DNA from: Chloroflexota bacterium
GTDB lineage: Bacteria; Chloroflexota; UBA11872; VXNJ01
Assembly (NCBI GenBank): GCA_965203015.1
Contig: CBDBBM010000012.1
Coordinates: 139,445-203,444 of the forward strand
Direction of reading: 5' to 3'
DNA length: 64,000 nt
In this document: in pieces, positions 44,158 to 55,263 of the stretch
How the letters are laid out: each line of letters opens with the position of its first letter
How positions within the stretch are numbered: the stretch's first letter is position 1
Notes under the pieces: generated by a model
What the model was told of the DNA's origin: nothing
What the model saw: the letters and a program-made list of their open reading frames with translations, nothing else
Database searches by the model: none
Position numbers and translations under genes: made by a program

Positions 44158-44761
44158 TCTGTTCCGGCGCCGACCGGATCCCGAGCGGCTGTTGGTCTTC
44201 CTGGGCAACCCGGGGCGCGAACATGCCGGCGGGCGCCACAACATCGGTTGGCGCGTGGGCCGGGCAATGCTGGCCGCCAACCCCGGACCCGACCTGCGGC
44301 GACGCTATCGCGGGCGCTTCGCGGTGCGGGATGTCGGCGACGACGCCACCGGATTGCTTTTTCCGCATACGTTCATGAACACATCCGGCAAATCCGTGCG
44401 ATCCGCGCTCGAAGGCCTGGGCCTGGAGGCGGAACGAATGGTTGTAGTCCATGACGACATGGACCTGGGATTTGCCAGGCTGCGCGTCCGCTTCGGAGGA
44501 TCGGCCGGCGGTCACCGGGGGATCGAATCGATCATCGCCGCGGCCGGCACCGACCGGTTCCTGCGCTTCAAGCTCGGCATCGGGCGCCCGCCGCCGGGCC
44601 TGGATCCGGCCGAATACGTCCTGCAGGGCTTTGGCCGGTCCCAGAAACCGGCCATAGAGCGGTTGGTCGCAGCCGCCCTCGAGGGGCTTTCGCAGGTCGG
44701 GGCGATGACCCACGAGGAGTTGATGAACCGGTTCAATCGCGATTGGTCCGGTCCACGTTGA
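44144..44761 (+). CDS. pth: Peptidyl-tRNA hydrolase
   Basis: LGNPG..RHNIG, TFMNTSG, HDDMDL, GGHRG. Confidence 0.95.
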   Translation: MGLGDLFRRRPDPERLLVFLGNPGREHAGGRHNIGWRVGRAMLAANPGPDLRRRYRGRFAVRDVGDDATGLLFPHTFMNTSGKSVRSALEGLGLEAERMVVVHDDMDLGFARLRVRFGGSAGGHRGIESIIAAAGTDRFLRFKLGIGRPPPGLDPAEYVLQGFGRSQKPAIERLVAAALEGLSQVGAMTHEELMNRFNRDWSGPR

Positions 44762-47700
44762 AGCCCGAGCAGATAGCCGCGCGGCTGACCGCGACCGCCG
44801 AATTCGCCTCCGCCGCCGAACGGGCCGCCGCCGGCCCTGCCACGGTCGTGGCGATGCCGGCCACGCACGCGATTCTTCTGGCCGACGTCGTACGGCGCAG
44901 CGCCCGCCCGTACCTCCTGCTGGTCAGCGACGAGAACCGCGCCGAGGAGCTGCTGCGCGAATTCGAGCTGTGGGCGGGCGGGCTGGAGGTGCTGGCGTTC
45001 CCGGCACCGGACCACCTCGCCCACGCCCAGGTAAGCACCGACCACCAGGTCCTGGCCGCCCGCAGCAGGGTGCTCAAGCGCCTGACCCTGGCCGCAGCGG
45101 TCCCGCCCGACGAAGGCTTCCTGGTCGTCGCCTCGGCCCGGGCGCTGCTGCCCAAGCTGTGTCCGGCCCGCGAGTTCGCAGAGCGCCTGCTGGCCCTGGA
45201 GCCCGGCCTGGTCCTGCCCCCGGCCCGGCTCGCCCAGCGTCTCCTGGACCTGGGTTACCGGCGCTCTCCGCTGGTCGAGGAACCGGGCGAATTCGTCCAG
45301 CGGGGCGGCCTGCTGGACTTTTTTCCGGCCGATTCGGAGCACCCGATCCGGGTCGATTTCTTCGACGACGAGATCGAATCGCTGCGTTATTTCGATGTGA
45401 CCGACCAGCGCTCCGGGGCAGCCCTGGTGAGCTGGGAGGTCGGATCGGCGACCGAGCATCCGGTCTGGCGCGGCCCGCAGGCGGCGGCGGCGCTGGGCAG
45501 GCTCGACCTCGACGGCCTGCGGCGCGCCGACCAGGACCGCCTGCAGCGCCAGCTGGCGCTCCTGGCGGAAGGGTCCTTTTTCGACGCCGCGCCGTTCCTG
45601 CTGTCCTCCGGCCAGGTGGAGTCCTCCAGCCTGCTCGACTTTGCCGGCTCGGCGCGCCTGGCCGTCGAGGACCCCGACGCGATCGCCTGGGCGCTGCGCG
45701 AACAGTCCGGCGCCGAGGAACGGCTGCGTGCCCAGTTGCTCAAGGACCGCCAGCTCCCGCGCGGCATCGGAACGCCGCTGAACGACGTGAAGCCGCTGGT
45801 AGAGGCCCTCGAATCGGCCCACCTCAAGTTGCTGCAGAGCGGGTCCGGCCCCCAAAGCGACGAGGTCTACGCGACCGCGGAGTTCTCCTCGCCGGAATCG
45901 TACGGCGGAAGGCTGCTGCACATGGCCAACGAGCTGGCCGAGAGCGGCCTGGCCACGATCCTGGCCAGTTACCAGGGGGACCGGCTGGTCGACCTGCTGA
46001 CCGAACACGGGGTCTGGGCCACCCCCCTGGCCGAGGCCGGCGGCCGGCTCGGGCCGGGCGACGTGGCGGTCGTGCGGGCCTCGCTGATGCGCGGCTGGCG
46101 GCACCGCGGCCTGGGCCTGCAGCTGCTCACCGACGCCGAGATATTCGGGCGGATGCGGCGCCGCGCCGCGCCGGCCGCCAAGCCGGCCGTCGACGAGGAG
46201 TTCCTGCTGGACCTGTCCGAAGGCGACTACGTCGTGCACGTGGAGCACGGAATCGGGCGCTACCGGGGCGTGGTGCGGTTGGCCAACGCGGCCGGCGACC
46301 GCGAGTACCTGCAGATCGAATACGCCCGCGACGGCAAGCTCTACGTCCCGGTCGACCAGCTGGGCCGGGTGCAGCGTTTCGTCGGCGCCGGCGAAGCGAC
46401 CCCCAAGCTGTCCCGCCTGGGCACCAAGGACTGGACCCGCGCCAAGCGCAAGGCCTCGGGGGCGGCCCGCGAGATCGCCGGCGAGCTGCTGGAGATCTAC
46501 GCCACCCGCGAGAGCGGGCCGGGCCACTCGTTCGGACCGGACTCGGACTGGCAGCTGTCGATGGAACAGGCCTTTCCGTTCGTGGAAACCCCCGATCAGC
46601 TCACCGCCATCGAACAGGTGAAGGCGGACATGGAATCCGAGCGGCCGATGGACCGCCTGATCTGCGGCGACGTCGGATTCGGCAAGACCGAGGTGGCGGT
46701 GCGGGCCGCGTTCAAGGCCGCCCAGGAGGGCAAGCAGGTTGCAATGCTGGTGCCGACCACGATCCTGGCCCAGCAGCACCACGACACGTTCCGGCGCCGG
46801 CTCGGTTCCTACCCGCTGCGGGTGGAGCTGCTGTCGCGGTTCCAGACCCCGGCGCGCCAGAAAAAGATCGTCGCCGACCTGGAAGGCGGGGCCGTCGATA
46901 TCGTCATCGGCACCCACCGCCTGCTCTCGCGGGACATAAATTTCTCCGACCTGGGCCTGGTTGTCGTCGACGAGGAGCAGCGGTTCGGGGTGGCCCAGAA
47001 GGAGCGCCTCAAGAAACTGCGCGCCGAGGTGGACGTCCTGACCCTCACCGCCACCCCCATCCCGCGGACCCTGCACATGGCCCTGACCGAGGTGCGCGAC
47101 ATTTCGGTGATCGAATCGCCGCCGCACGACCGCCGCCCGGTCAAGTCGTACGTGACCGCGTACGAGGAGGGCGTCGTCCGCGAGGCGATCGATTCCGAAC
47201 TGGCCCGCGGCGGCCAGGTGTTCGTCGTCCACAACCGGGTCAATTCGATCTACGGCGCGGCCGCCAAGATCTCCAGGATCTGTCCACGGGCCCGGGTCGC
47301 GGTCGCCCACGGCCAGATGCCGTCGAACGCGCTGGAGTCGGTGATGGTCGAATTCGCCGGCGGCCAGCACGACGTCCTGGTCTGCACCGCGATCATCGAA
47401 AACGGGGTCGACCTGCCCAACGTGAACACCCTGGTCGTGGATGAATGCTGGATGTTCGGCCTGGCCCAGCTCTACCAGCTGCGCGGCCGGGTCGGCCGGT
47501 CGGCCACCCAGGCCTACGCCTATTTCCTCTACTCGCGCGAGGACCGCCTGACCGAAGCGGCCCAGAAACGCCTGCAGGCCGTGCTGGAGGCCAACGACCT
47601 GGGCGCCGGCCTGCGGCTGGCGATGCGCGACCTGCAGATCCGCGGGGCCGGCGACATGCTGGGCGCCAACCAGTCGGGTTTTGCAAATTCGGTGGGTCTT

Positions 47701-48237
47701 TACATGTATCTGCAGATGGTTCGCGACGCGGTCCGCGAGGCCAAGGGATCGGGCCCCGCCGACGAGGGGCGGCGGCGTGTCCTGACCCCGGTCGATCTGC
47801 CGCTGAGCGCCTATATCCCCGACGAGTACACCGGGACCTATGCGGCCAAGCTGCGCGAGTACCAGCGCCTGGTCCGCGCCGATTCGGTGAGCGCGGTCGA
47901 GTCGGTGGCGGCGGGGCTGCGCGACCGGTTCGGCGAATTTCCCGATCCGGTGGCAAACCTCATTTACGTGGCCAAGGTGCGGGCGCACGCCACCGAACTG
48001 GGGATCGATTCGATCGCCACAGCCGGCGCCGACCTGGTGATGCGGATGGACCCCGAAAGATTCGTCGATCGCGGTGATATGCGGCGCCGGCTCGGGCCCG
48101 AAGCGCGCCTCGGGCAGCTCGGGATCACCTGGCCGGATTTTGAAGATCGTCCCGACTGGCGCCGGCGCCTGCTCGCCTACTTCGAGCGCTCCGGCGCCAG
48201 ACGGGTGGGCCGCCCGGCGCGGGCCGGGCCGGGGTAG
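44743..48237 (+). CDS. mfd: Transcription-repair coupling factor
   Basis: VVHVEHGIGRY, CGDVGFGKTEVA, DEEQRFGV, QLRGRVGR. Confidence 0.97.
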   Translation: MVRSTLKPEQIAARLTATAEFASAAERAAAGPATVVAMPATHAILLADVVRRSARPYLLLVSDENRAEELLREFELWAGGLEVLAFPAPDHLAHAQVSTDHQVLAARSRVLKRLTLAAAVPPDEGFLVVASARALLPKLCPAREFAERLLALEPGLVLPPARLAQRLLDLGYRRSPLVEEPGEFVQRGGLLDFFPADSEHPIRVDFFDDEIESLRYFDVTDQRSGAALVSWEVGSATEHPVWRGPQAAAALGRLDLDGLRRADQDRLQRQLALLAEGSFFDAAPFLLSSGQVESSSLLDFAGSARLAVEDPDAIAWALREQSGAEERLRAQLLKDRQLPRGIGTPLNDVKPLVEALESAHLKLLQSGSGPQSDEVYATAEFSSPESYGGRLLHMANELAESGLATILASYQGDRLVDLLTEHGVWATPLAEAGGRLGPGDVAVVRASLMRGWRHRGLGLQLLTDAEIFGRMRRRAAPAAKPAVDEEFLLDLSEGDYVVHVEHGIGRYRGVVRLANAAGDREYLQIEYARDGKLYVPVDQLGRVQRFVGAGEATPKLSRLGTKDWTRAKRKASGAAREIAGELLEIYATRESGPGHSFGPDSDWQLSMEQAFPFVETPDQLTAIEQVKADMESERPMDRLICGDVGFGKTEVAVRAAFKAAQEGKQVAMLVPTTILAQQHHDTFRRRLGSYPLRVELLSRFQTPARQKKIVADLEGGAVDIVIGTHRLLSRDINFSDLGLVVVDEEQRFGVAQKERLKKLRAEVDVLTLTATPIPRTLHMALTEVRDISVIESPPHDRRPVKSYVTAYEEGVVREAIDSELARGGQVFVVHNRVNSIYGAAAKISRICPRARVAVAHGQMPSNALESVMVEFAGGQHDVLVCTAIIENGVDLPNVNTLVVDECWMFGLAQLYQLRGRVGRSATQAYAYFLYSREDRLTEAAQKRLQAVLEANDLGAGLRLAMRDLQIRGAGDMLGANQSGFANSVGLYMYLQMVRDAVREAKGSGPADEGRRRVLTPVDLPLSAYIPDEYTGTYAAKLREYQRLVRADSVSAVESVAAGLRDRFGEFPDPVANLIYVAKVRAHATELGIDSIATAGADLVMRMDPERFVDRGDMRRRLGPEARLGQLGITWPDFEDRPDWRRRLLAYFERSGARRVGRPARAGPG

Positions 48238-48389
48238 ACCCGCCGAACCCGTATCTGCTAAGGTTGGGTGCTTTGGCGCTATACGGCCCAACCGAGCGGG
48301 CCGGTGCGGCGCCGAAGACCGCGCATCCGACGCGCACCGGGGGCGGCCCGAATCCGCGCCCGACCGTAAATTCGCCAGCAGAAAAGAAC

Positions 48390-50780
48390 ATGGCCCAACG
48401 CCGCAAACCATCCACCAAGCGCCGCTCCCGGCCGGCGCCGAACCTGGTGATCGTCGAGTCCGGCACCAAGGCGCAGACCATCAAGCGCTACCTTGGCAAG
48501 GACTACGACGTGCTGGCCTCGGTGGGGCACATCCGGGACCTCCCCAAGGGCAAGCTGGGCGTGGACATCGAAAACGGTTTCGCGCCCACCTACGTGGTCC
48601 CGCGCGACAAACAGAAAACCGTGACCCAGATCCGCAAGGCGGCGGCGGCCTCGGACACGGTGCTCCTGGCCACCGACCCCGACCGCGAGGGCGAGGCCAT
48701 CGCCTGGCACCTGATGTCGGCCGCCGACCTTGACGAAAAGAAGACCAGCCGGGTGCGTTTCCACGAGATCACCAAATCGGCGGTCCGCGACGCCCTGAAT
48801 TCGCCCGTACCGGTCGACGACCGCCTGGTCGAGGCCCAGCAGGCGCGCCGCGTGCTGGACCGGCTGGTGGGCTTTAAGATCTCCCCCATCCTGCGGCGCC
48901 GGATTCCGGGCGGATCTTCGGCCGGCCGGGTCCAGAGCGTGGCCCTGCGGATCGTGGTCGACCGCGAACGCCAGAGGCGCCAGTTCGTCCCCGAGGACTG
49001 GTGGACGGTCGACGGCCGGTTCGGCGATCCCGGCAGCGGCGTGGCCGCGTTCACGGCCCAGCTGCATCGGGATGGCAAAGAACTGAAACTGGACGCGGAG
49101 GCCGCCGGGGCCCTGGTTGACCGGCTGGGCCAGGCCGACTACCAGGTCACCGACCGGCGGCAGAACGACCGGCGCCTGCGTCCGCAGGCACCCTTTACGA
49201 CCGCCAGCCTGCAGCGCGCGGCCTCGAACCGCCTGCGGCTCTCACCCTCGCAGACGATGCGCATCGCCCAGCGTCTCTACGAGGGAGTCCGGGTCCCGGG
49301 TCGCGGCCAGATCGGTCTGATCACCTATATGCGAACCGACTCGGTGAGCGTTTCGGGCCAGGCCCTTGGCGCGGTCCGTGATTACGTGGGTAGCGAACTC
49401 GGCCGCGATTACCTGCCCGAAAAGCCCAACTTCTACAGGACCCGGACCCGCAACGCCCAGGAAGCCCACGAAGCGATCCGCCCCACCGAGGTCGCGCTGT
49501 CGCCGGCGGTGCTCGGAGAGGCACTGGACAGGGATCAGCGCAGGCTCTACGACCTGATCTGGAGCCAGTTCGTCGCCAGTCAGATGGTGCCCGGGACCGC
49601 GCGCCGCCTGGCCCTGGACGTGGCCTCCGGACCCGATTCCGAGCACGTGTTCAGGGTCACCGCCGCGCGCGTTATCGATCCGGGCTGCCTGCGTGTCGCC
49701 AGTTACGGTCCGCGCATCGGCGCCGAGGAATCGGCCCGCTTCGACTACCTGGCCGCACGCGCGGTCGGCGATCCGCTCGAGCTGCTTGAGATCGAATCGC
49801 AAAAGCACACCTCCGAGCCGCCGCCGCGCTACAGCGAAGCCGGTCTGATCAAGGTACTGGAAGACGAGGGAATCGGGCGCCCCAGCACCTATGCGGCGAT
49901 CATCCGGACGCTCAAGGACCGCCAGTACGTGACCAGCCAGCGCCGCGTCCTGGAGCCGACCCAGGTCGGCGAATTCGTCACCGACGCAATGGCCGAATTC
50001 TTCGCCGACATCGTCGACGTGGCGTTCACCGCCCGGATGGAAACCGAACTCGACCGGGTGGCCAGCGGCGAGCTGGGCTGGGTTGACGCGACCGGCGAAT
50101 TCTGGGAACGATTGGACAAGGACCTTGCCAACGCCTGGGAGAACCTGAAAAAACCGGTCGCCGACGAACTGCTGGACGAGGAATGCCCGCGCTGTTCGCT
50201 CCAGCTGGTCAAGCGCCTGGGCCGGAACGGCATGTTCGTGGGCTGCTCCGGGTTCCCCGAGTGCAAGTTCACCCGCGACCTGGAAAACGCCGGCAACGGC
50301 GAAGAGTCAAATGCGGTCGGCGAACCCTGCCCGGACTGCGGTTCGGGCCTGGTGTTCAAGCAGGGCCGGTTCGGCCGGTTCATCGGCTGCGAATCCTATC
50401 CCGACTGCCGCTACACGCGCCAGATCACCGAGCCGACCGGGGTCCAGTGCCCGGACTGCGCCGACGGTCAGCTGGTAATCAAAAAGACCCGCCGCGGCCG
50501 GATCTTCTACGGCTGCGAGCGGTACCCGGGCTGCGAGTACTCGACCTGGCAGGACCCCCGCAAAAAGCCGGCCGGCTCCGCCCCGAGCAAACCGGCCGCC
50601 AAATCCGCCAGGAAAAACTCCGGTGGGGCGGTCGTGGGCGAGTGCCCGGAATGCGGCAAGGACCTGAGCGTCAGGAAAGGACGCTACGGGGATTTCGTGG
50701 GCTGCAGCGGGTTTCCGGGTTGCCGTTTCACCGGCAAGATCGCCGATTACGTCCCGGCCGAATCCTCCAGTTCCGGCTGA
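48390..50780 (+). CDS. topA: DNA topoisomerase I with four C-terminal zinc ribbons
   Basis: LVIVES, ATDPDREGE, SAGRVQS, LITYMRTDS, GIGRPSTY. Confidence 0.97.
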   Translation: MAQRRKPSTKRRSRPAPNLVIVESGTKAQTIKRYLGKDYDVLASVGHIRDLPKGKLGVDIENGFAPTYVVPRDKQKTVTQIRKAAAASDTVLLATDPDREGEAIAWHLMSAADLDEKKTSRVRFHEITKSAVRDALNSPVPVDDRLVEAQQARRVLDRLVGFKISPILRRRIPGGSSAGRVQSVALRIVVDRERQRRQFVPEDWWTVDGRFGDPGSGVAAFTAQLHRDGKELKLDAEAAGALVDRLGQADYQVTDRRQNDRRLRPQAPFTTASLQRAASNRLRLSPSQTMRIAQRLYEGVRVPGRGQIGLITYMRTDSVSVSGQALGAVRDYVGSELGRDYLPEKPNFYRTRTRNAQEAHEAIRPTEVALSPAVLGEALDRDQRRLYDLIWSQFVASQMVPGTARRLALDVASGPDSEHVFRVTAARVIDPGCLRVASYGPRIGAEESARFDYLAARAVGDPLELLEIESQKHTSEPPPRYSEAGLIKVLEDEGIGRPSTYAAIIRTLKDRQYVTSQRRVLEPTQVGEFVTDAMAEFFADIVDVAFTARMETELDRVASGELGWVDATGEFWERLDKDLANAWENLKKPVADELLDEECPRCSLQLVKRLGRNGMFVGCSGFPECKFTRDLENAGNGEESNAVGEPCPDCGSGLVFKQGRFGRFIGCESYPDCRYTRQITEPTGVQCPDCADGQLVIKKTRRGRIFYGCERYPGCEYSTWQDPRKKPAGSAPSKPAAKSARKNSGGAVVGECPECGKDLSVRKGRYGDFVGCSGFPGCRFTGKIADYVPAESSSSG

Positions 50781-52828
50781 CCCGACGCTGCAGCCAGGTG
50801 CGTCCGCACCCGGCTGATTTCGCGGGTGACCGGGACCTCCGGCAGGGCGCCGCGGAGGAACCGGCCGTAGCGCTTGGTCATAATCCGGTCCTCGAGCAGG
50901 GCCAGCACGCCGCGGTCGCGCCGGCTGCGGATCAGTCGCCCGAACCCCTGTTTCAGGTCCATCGCCGCCAGCGGCAGCGACAGGGCCATGAAGGATGACC
51001 TGCCCTCCGAGTCGATCGCCCGGCAGCGTGCCGAAAACACCGGCTCCGCGGGCGAGGGAAAGGGAAGGCGGTCGACGATCACCATCGACAGTGCGCGGCC
51101 GGGAACGTCCACACCCTGCCAGAAGCTCTTGGTTGCAAACAGGACCGCATTCTGCTCGCGGCGAAATCGGCTGATCAGCGAAGCCGGCGAGGCCCGGCCC
51201 TGCAGCAGGAGCGTGCGCCCGGCGGAGCGGTCGGCGACCAGTTCGTGGTACTGGAGCATGCGCCGGCGACTGGTGCAGAGGACAAAGACCCCGCCGTCGC
51301 AGGCCGAGATCAATTCGAGGATCTGGTCCACTACCGGCGCCAGGGCGCCGCGTTCGTCACCAACTGCCGGCGGCGGGAGGTCGCGGGGAACGTAAAGCAG
51401 TGCCTGGCGCTTGTGATCGAAAGGGCTCGCCACCGCCAGTTCATCGGCCTCGTCGATACCCAATCGCTCACGGGTAAACCCGAACCCCTGGGCAGTGGCC
51501 AGGGTGGCCGAGGTGAGCGCCACCGCGGCCGCCGGCCTGGTCGGTCCGAACATCTGGGCGTCAAGAATCGGCCCCACCGAAAGCGGCGTTGACAGCAACG
51601 CGTAGCCCTCCCGGCGGTCGGGCTGCAGATGCAAGACCCATTCGGGGTCGGGGTCATCCAGCAGCCGGTTCAGGGCCTCGTGCTGGGCCAGCAGGTTTGA
51701 GGCGACCGGTATGAGCGGGTCAAACTGCGAATTCTCCGTTTCAATGCGCTCCTCGAGCGACCGCTTTGCCGCATCGATCCGGCTTATCAGGCCGGCGGCC
51801 TGGTCGGAGACGAATCCGACGAATCCCTCGTGGGCGGCGGCGTCGATGACGACCTGGCGGCGGTACGGGCCGTCGTCGGTCCCGCCGGCCTTTTCCTGGA
51901 CGTAGCGCTCCAGTCGCCGAAAGAACGGGTCCGCGGCGTTGTCCAGGCCCCCGCCGGCCGGAATTCGGGTGCCGGCCAACTGACTTGCGGTCCGCAGGTT
52001 GCGGGCGATACGCCGCCAGCGCGAACGCGACACCTCGATCGAATACGCGCTCGAAGCGAAACTCTCCAACTGATGGGCCTCGTCGACAACCGCCAGATCG
52101 TGGGCCGGCAGGATCGGTTCGGCGCCGGGCTGCGGCGAGATGCCGGCCAGATAGAGAGCCTGGTTGGTCACGATCACGTCGGCGTCGGCGGCCTGGCGGC
52201 GGACCCTGGTCACGTGGCACTCTGAATAGAGTTCACAGCGTTTACCGTGGCACATGTCGCCCGAGCCGTCGATCGAAGAGAGCATCGGATCGTCGGGGCT
52301 TATGCCGGAAAGTTCGGCAAAATCACCGGTCCGGGTCGCGTCTGACCATTCCCCGATCTGGTGCATCAGCCGGGAATGTGGTCGCCCGCCACCGACCTCA
52401 AGCTCCAGTTGGCCGGTTCGGAGTTGGGCGAACTTGAACTTGCAAAGGTAATTGCTGGCGCCTTTAAGGTTCACCACTGCGAGGCCGGGCAGGCCCAGGG
52501 CGGTCGTAATCTGCGGCAGGTCCTTGCCAACCAGCTGGTCCTGGAGGGCGCGGGTGCCGGTCGCAATCACCATGCGCTTGCCCGCCATAAGTCCGGGGGC
52601 GATGTAGGCGAAGGTCTTGCCGGTCCCGGTGCCGGCTTCCACAAGCAGAATCCGCTCTTCGGCGATGGCGTCGGAGACCGCTTCGGCCATCTGCGCCTGG
52701 CCGGGTCGCGGTTCGAACCGCCCGCCCAGGGTCCGGGCGATCGCCCCACCCGGCGCAAAAAGTGCCCCGACCCCCGAACTTGAGACCGGGCCGGGCGGAA
52801 ACTCTCCGCCGCTGGCCGCGCCGGTCAC
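50747..52828 (-). CDS. DinG/YoaA-family ATP-dependent DNA helicase
   Basis: EAGTGTGKT, Fe-S cysteines, DEAH, FWQGVDVPG, QGFGRLIR; GTG start overlaps the upstream stop. Confidence 0.92.
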   Translation of the reverse strand: MTGAASGGEFPPGPVSSSGVGALFAPGGAIARTLGGRFEPRPGQAQMAEAVSDAIAEERILLVEAGTGTGKTFAYIAPGLMAGKRMVIATGTRALQDQLVGKDLPQITTALGLPGLAVVNLKGASNYLCKFKFAQLRTGQLELEVGGGRPHSRLMHQIGEWSDATRTGDFAELSGISPDDPMLSSIDGSGDMCHGKRCELYSECHVTRVRRQAADADVIVTNQALYLAGISPQPGAEPILPAHDLAVVDEAHQLESFASSAYSIEVSRSRWRRIARNLRTASQLAGTRIPAGGGLDNAADPFFRRLERYVQEKAGGTDDGPYRRQVVIDAAAHEGFVGFVSDQAAGLISRIDAAKRSLEERIETENSQFDPLIPVASNLLAQHEALNRLLDDPDPEWVLHLQPDRREGYALLSTPLSVGPILDAQMFGPTRPAAAVALTSATLATAQGFGFTRERLGIDEADELAVASPFDHKRQALLYVPRDLPPPAVGDERGALAPVVDQILELISACDGGVFVLCTSRRRMLQYHELVADRSAGRTLLLQGRASPASLISRFRREQNAVLFATKSFWQGVDVPGRALSMVIVDRLPFPSPAEPVFSARCRAIDSEGRSSFMALSLPLAAMDLKQGFGRLIRSRRDRGVLALLEDRIMTKRYGRFLRGALPEVPVTREISRVRTHLAAASGQPELEDSAGT

Positions 52829-55263
52829 GGGGCCGGAATATTCACGGGTAGCCGGTGGTCGCTCCTGCCGATCGCGGAGCCGATGTGGATCAAATGACTG
52901 CCGCCGTGCAGGCGCCAGGCATTGTCCGCCGGGTCCCAGTAGGAGAACGAGCGATCGTCGAATTCCAGGACCGCGGTGCCGCTCTCGCCCGCTGCCAGAT
53001 CGATCCGGTCGAAGGCGCGCAGTTCGCGGCGCGGTCTGAACAGCGGACCGGCCGGGGGTTCGACGTATGCCTGCACGACCGCTGAACCGGCCCGCGTCCC
53101 GGTGTTTGTGACCTTGACCGCCAGCTCCAGGTCGCCCCCTTGGCCGCGCCGGATGATCTGCGGTTCGGCAAACGCGAAGCTGGTGTAGGAGAGACCGTGC
53201 CCGAACCGGTAGCGGACCGGCAGGTCGCGGGTGTCGAAGTGCCGGTAGCCCATCAGCAGGCCCTCGCCGTAGCGGACCTGACCGGCCTCGCCCGGGAAAT
53301 TCCCATAAGAGGGTGAGTGCTCCAGGCGCAGCGGGATGCTGGTCGGCAGGCGGCCGCCGGGTTCGGCGGCGCCGGTCAGCACGTCGGCCAGGGCGTTGGC
53401 AAGTTCCTGGCCGCCGAACCAGCACTGCAGCACCGCGGCCGCGTCGTCGTCCCATTCCATGTCCACCGGCGAAGCGGCATTGATCACCACAACCGTGTTT
53501 GGATTGGCCCGGCAAACTTCCCGGACAAGCTCGTCCTGCCCGTCGGGAAGGGCCATGTCGGGACGATCGCGACCCTCGGTCTCGTAGTCCTCGTTGGTCC
53601 CGACAACCACGACGGCCACGTCGCTCGCGCGCGCCAGGGCGACGGCTTCAGAAAGCATGTCGCCGGGCTGCGGCGGCAGGAACCCGACCCGGGCCGCCTG
53701 GAGCAGGCCGCCGGCGCCGGCTTCACCCTCCATTACGATCCGCAGCGAGTGTTTGCCCGGGGCCAAGTCGACCGCCACGCGCTTTTCCGCGCTGCCGAAA
53801 CCCATGAAGGATTCGCCCGGCGGAAGCGGGTCGGCTACGCCATCGACGAGGACTTCGTCGTCAATCAGGAGCCGGGCCCCGCCGGCCTGGGCCAGCGAGA
53901 ACTGGTACGTGCCCGGCGCGGACACGTCGAATGTGCCGGTGGCCCGTACCGCGGCACCGCCCTCGCCGGACGCGGTCACGACAAAGATCTCCGAATGGGC
54001 CGATGACTGGGTCCTCAGAACGCCGCCGCCGGCGCCCATGATCTCGATCCGCAGACCGGGCAGACCGTTGGGCTGCCGCAGGTTGGGCCCCTCCAGCAGG
54101 GGCAGGAACTTGCCGACGAACGCTCCGGGCGCGTACCTCACCGATGCGTCCGGCCCCATCGCGTCGCGCAGGGATTCCTGCAGGTCCAACCTGTAGTGGG
54201 GTCGGAGCTGGGCCGACCCGCCTCCGTACAGCTGCAGCCGCCCGGCGTTGTGCCCGATCAGGGCGACCTTGCCGACCCCCTCCAGCGGGAGCAGCCCGTT
54301 TGGGTTCTTCAGCAGCACGATCGAACGGGCCGCAGCCTCGCGCAGCAGCGCGCGGTGCTCGGGCAGGTCCACCTCGCGCTCGTCGCCGGATGAATCGGAT
54401 CCGAAGGCGCCCACGCGGTCGATCAACTTCAGGATCCGGTCCGCGTGGTCGTCGAGATCGGCTTCTGCCGCGCGGCCGTCTTGCACCGCTTCGGCCAGCG
54501 TCGGTCCGTACATGCGGGCCGGCCCGGGCATTTCCACATCCAGTCCGGCGCGCGATGATTCGACCGTGTCGACGAAGGAAAACCAGTCGGTCATCACGAT
54601 CCCGTCAAAGCCCCACTCGCCCTTCAAGAGGTCGGCCAGCAGCCACTGGTGGGCGGTGCAGGCGGTCCCGTTGAGCTTGTTGTAGGCGGTCATCACGCCC
54701 CAAATCCCGGCTTCCCTGACCGCGGCCTCGAACGGCGGCAGATATATCTCGCGCAGCGTCCGCTCGTCGACGACCGAATTGATCGTCATGCGTTCGAACT
54801 CGGCGTCGTTGGCGACGAAGTGCTTTATCACGCACGCGATCTTCTGGCTCTGCACCCCGCGCACGTAGGCGACCGCCAGCCGCGCCGTCAGCAGGGGGTC
54901 CTCAGAAAAGCACTCGAAATTGCGTCCATACAGGGGAGATCGGTGCAGGTTCACGGTCGGCGCCAGCAGGACCGCGCAGGACTTGGTCTTGGCTTCCTGG
55001 CCCAGGGCGACTCCGATGCGCTCGACCAGTTCGGGATCCCAGGTCGCTCCCAGGGCCGACCCGCAGGGAAAGCAGGCGGCGCTCTTCCCGCTCCCGAATA
55101 TCCCGCTGCCGCGCGCCCCGTTGGGGCCGTCAGTTACCTTTAATCCCGGGATTCCAAGGCGCTCCACTCCCTGCATCTCCCACATGGACGCACCCGCGGT
55201 CAGGGCCGCCTTCTCTGATGCTGAAAGCTGGTTGGAAAGACCAGTCAAATCGTTTTCCGACAC
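52825..55263 (-). CDS. GH3 beta-glucosidase with PA14-like insert
   Basis: TDGPNGARG, GRNFECFSEDP, KHFVAN, MTDW, FGHGLSYT. Confidence 0.93.
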   Translation of the reverse strand: MSENDLTGLSNQLSASEKAALTAGASMWEMQGVERLGIPGLKVTDGPNGARGSGIFGSGKSAACFPCGSALGATWDPELVERIGVALGQEAKTKSCAVLLAPTVNLHRSPLYGRNFECFSEDPLLTARLAVAYVRGVQSQKIACVIKHFVANDAEFERMTINSVVDERTLREIYLPPFEAAVREAGIWGVMTAYNKLNGTACTAHQWLLADLLKGEWGFDGIVMTDWFSFVDTVESSRAGLDVEMPGPARMYGPTLAEAVQDGRAAEADLDDHADRILKLIDRVGAFGSDSSGDEREVDLPEHRALLREAAARSIVLLKNPNGLLPLEGVGKVALIGHNAGRLQLYGGGSAQLRPHYRLDLQESLRDAMGPDASVRYAPGAFVGKFLPLLEGPNLRQPNGLPGLRIEIMGAGGGVLRTQSSAHSEIFVVTASGEGGAAVRATGTFDVSAPGTYQFSLAQAGGARLLIDDEVLVDGVADPLPPGESFMGFGSAEKRVAVDLAPGKHSLRIVMEGEAGAGGLLQAARVGFLPPQPGDMLSEAVALARASDVAVVVVGTNEDYETEGRDRPDMALPDGQDELVREVCRANPNTVVVINAASPVDMEWDDDAAAVLQCWFGGQELANALADVLTGAAEPGGRLPTSIPLRLEHSPSYGNFPGEAGQVRYGEGLLMGYRHFDTRDLPVRYRFGHGLSYTSFAFAEPQIIRRGQGGDLELAVKVTNTGTRAGSAVVQAYVEPPAGPLFRPRRELRAFDRIDLAAGESGTAVLEFDDRSFSYWDPADNAWRLHGGSHLIHIGSAIGRSDHRLPVNIPAP

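Noticed and set aside
44512-48411. 1299-aa minus-strand ORF and similar long antisense ORFs
   Set aside because: Shadow frames of mfd and other genes in high-GC DNA; no motifs
52829-53515. N-terminal extension of the DinG ORF (922 aa)
   Set aside because: Overlaps the GH3 gene out of frame; GTG 52828 overlapping the GH3 stop is the plausible start
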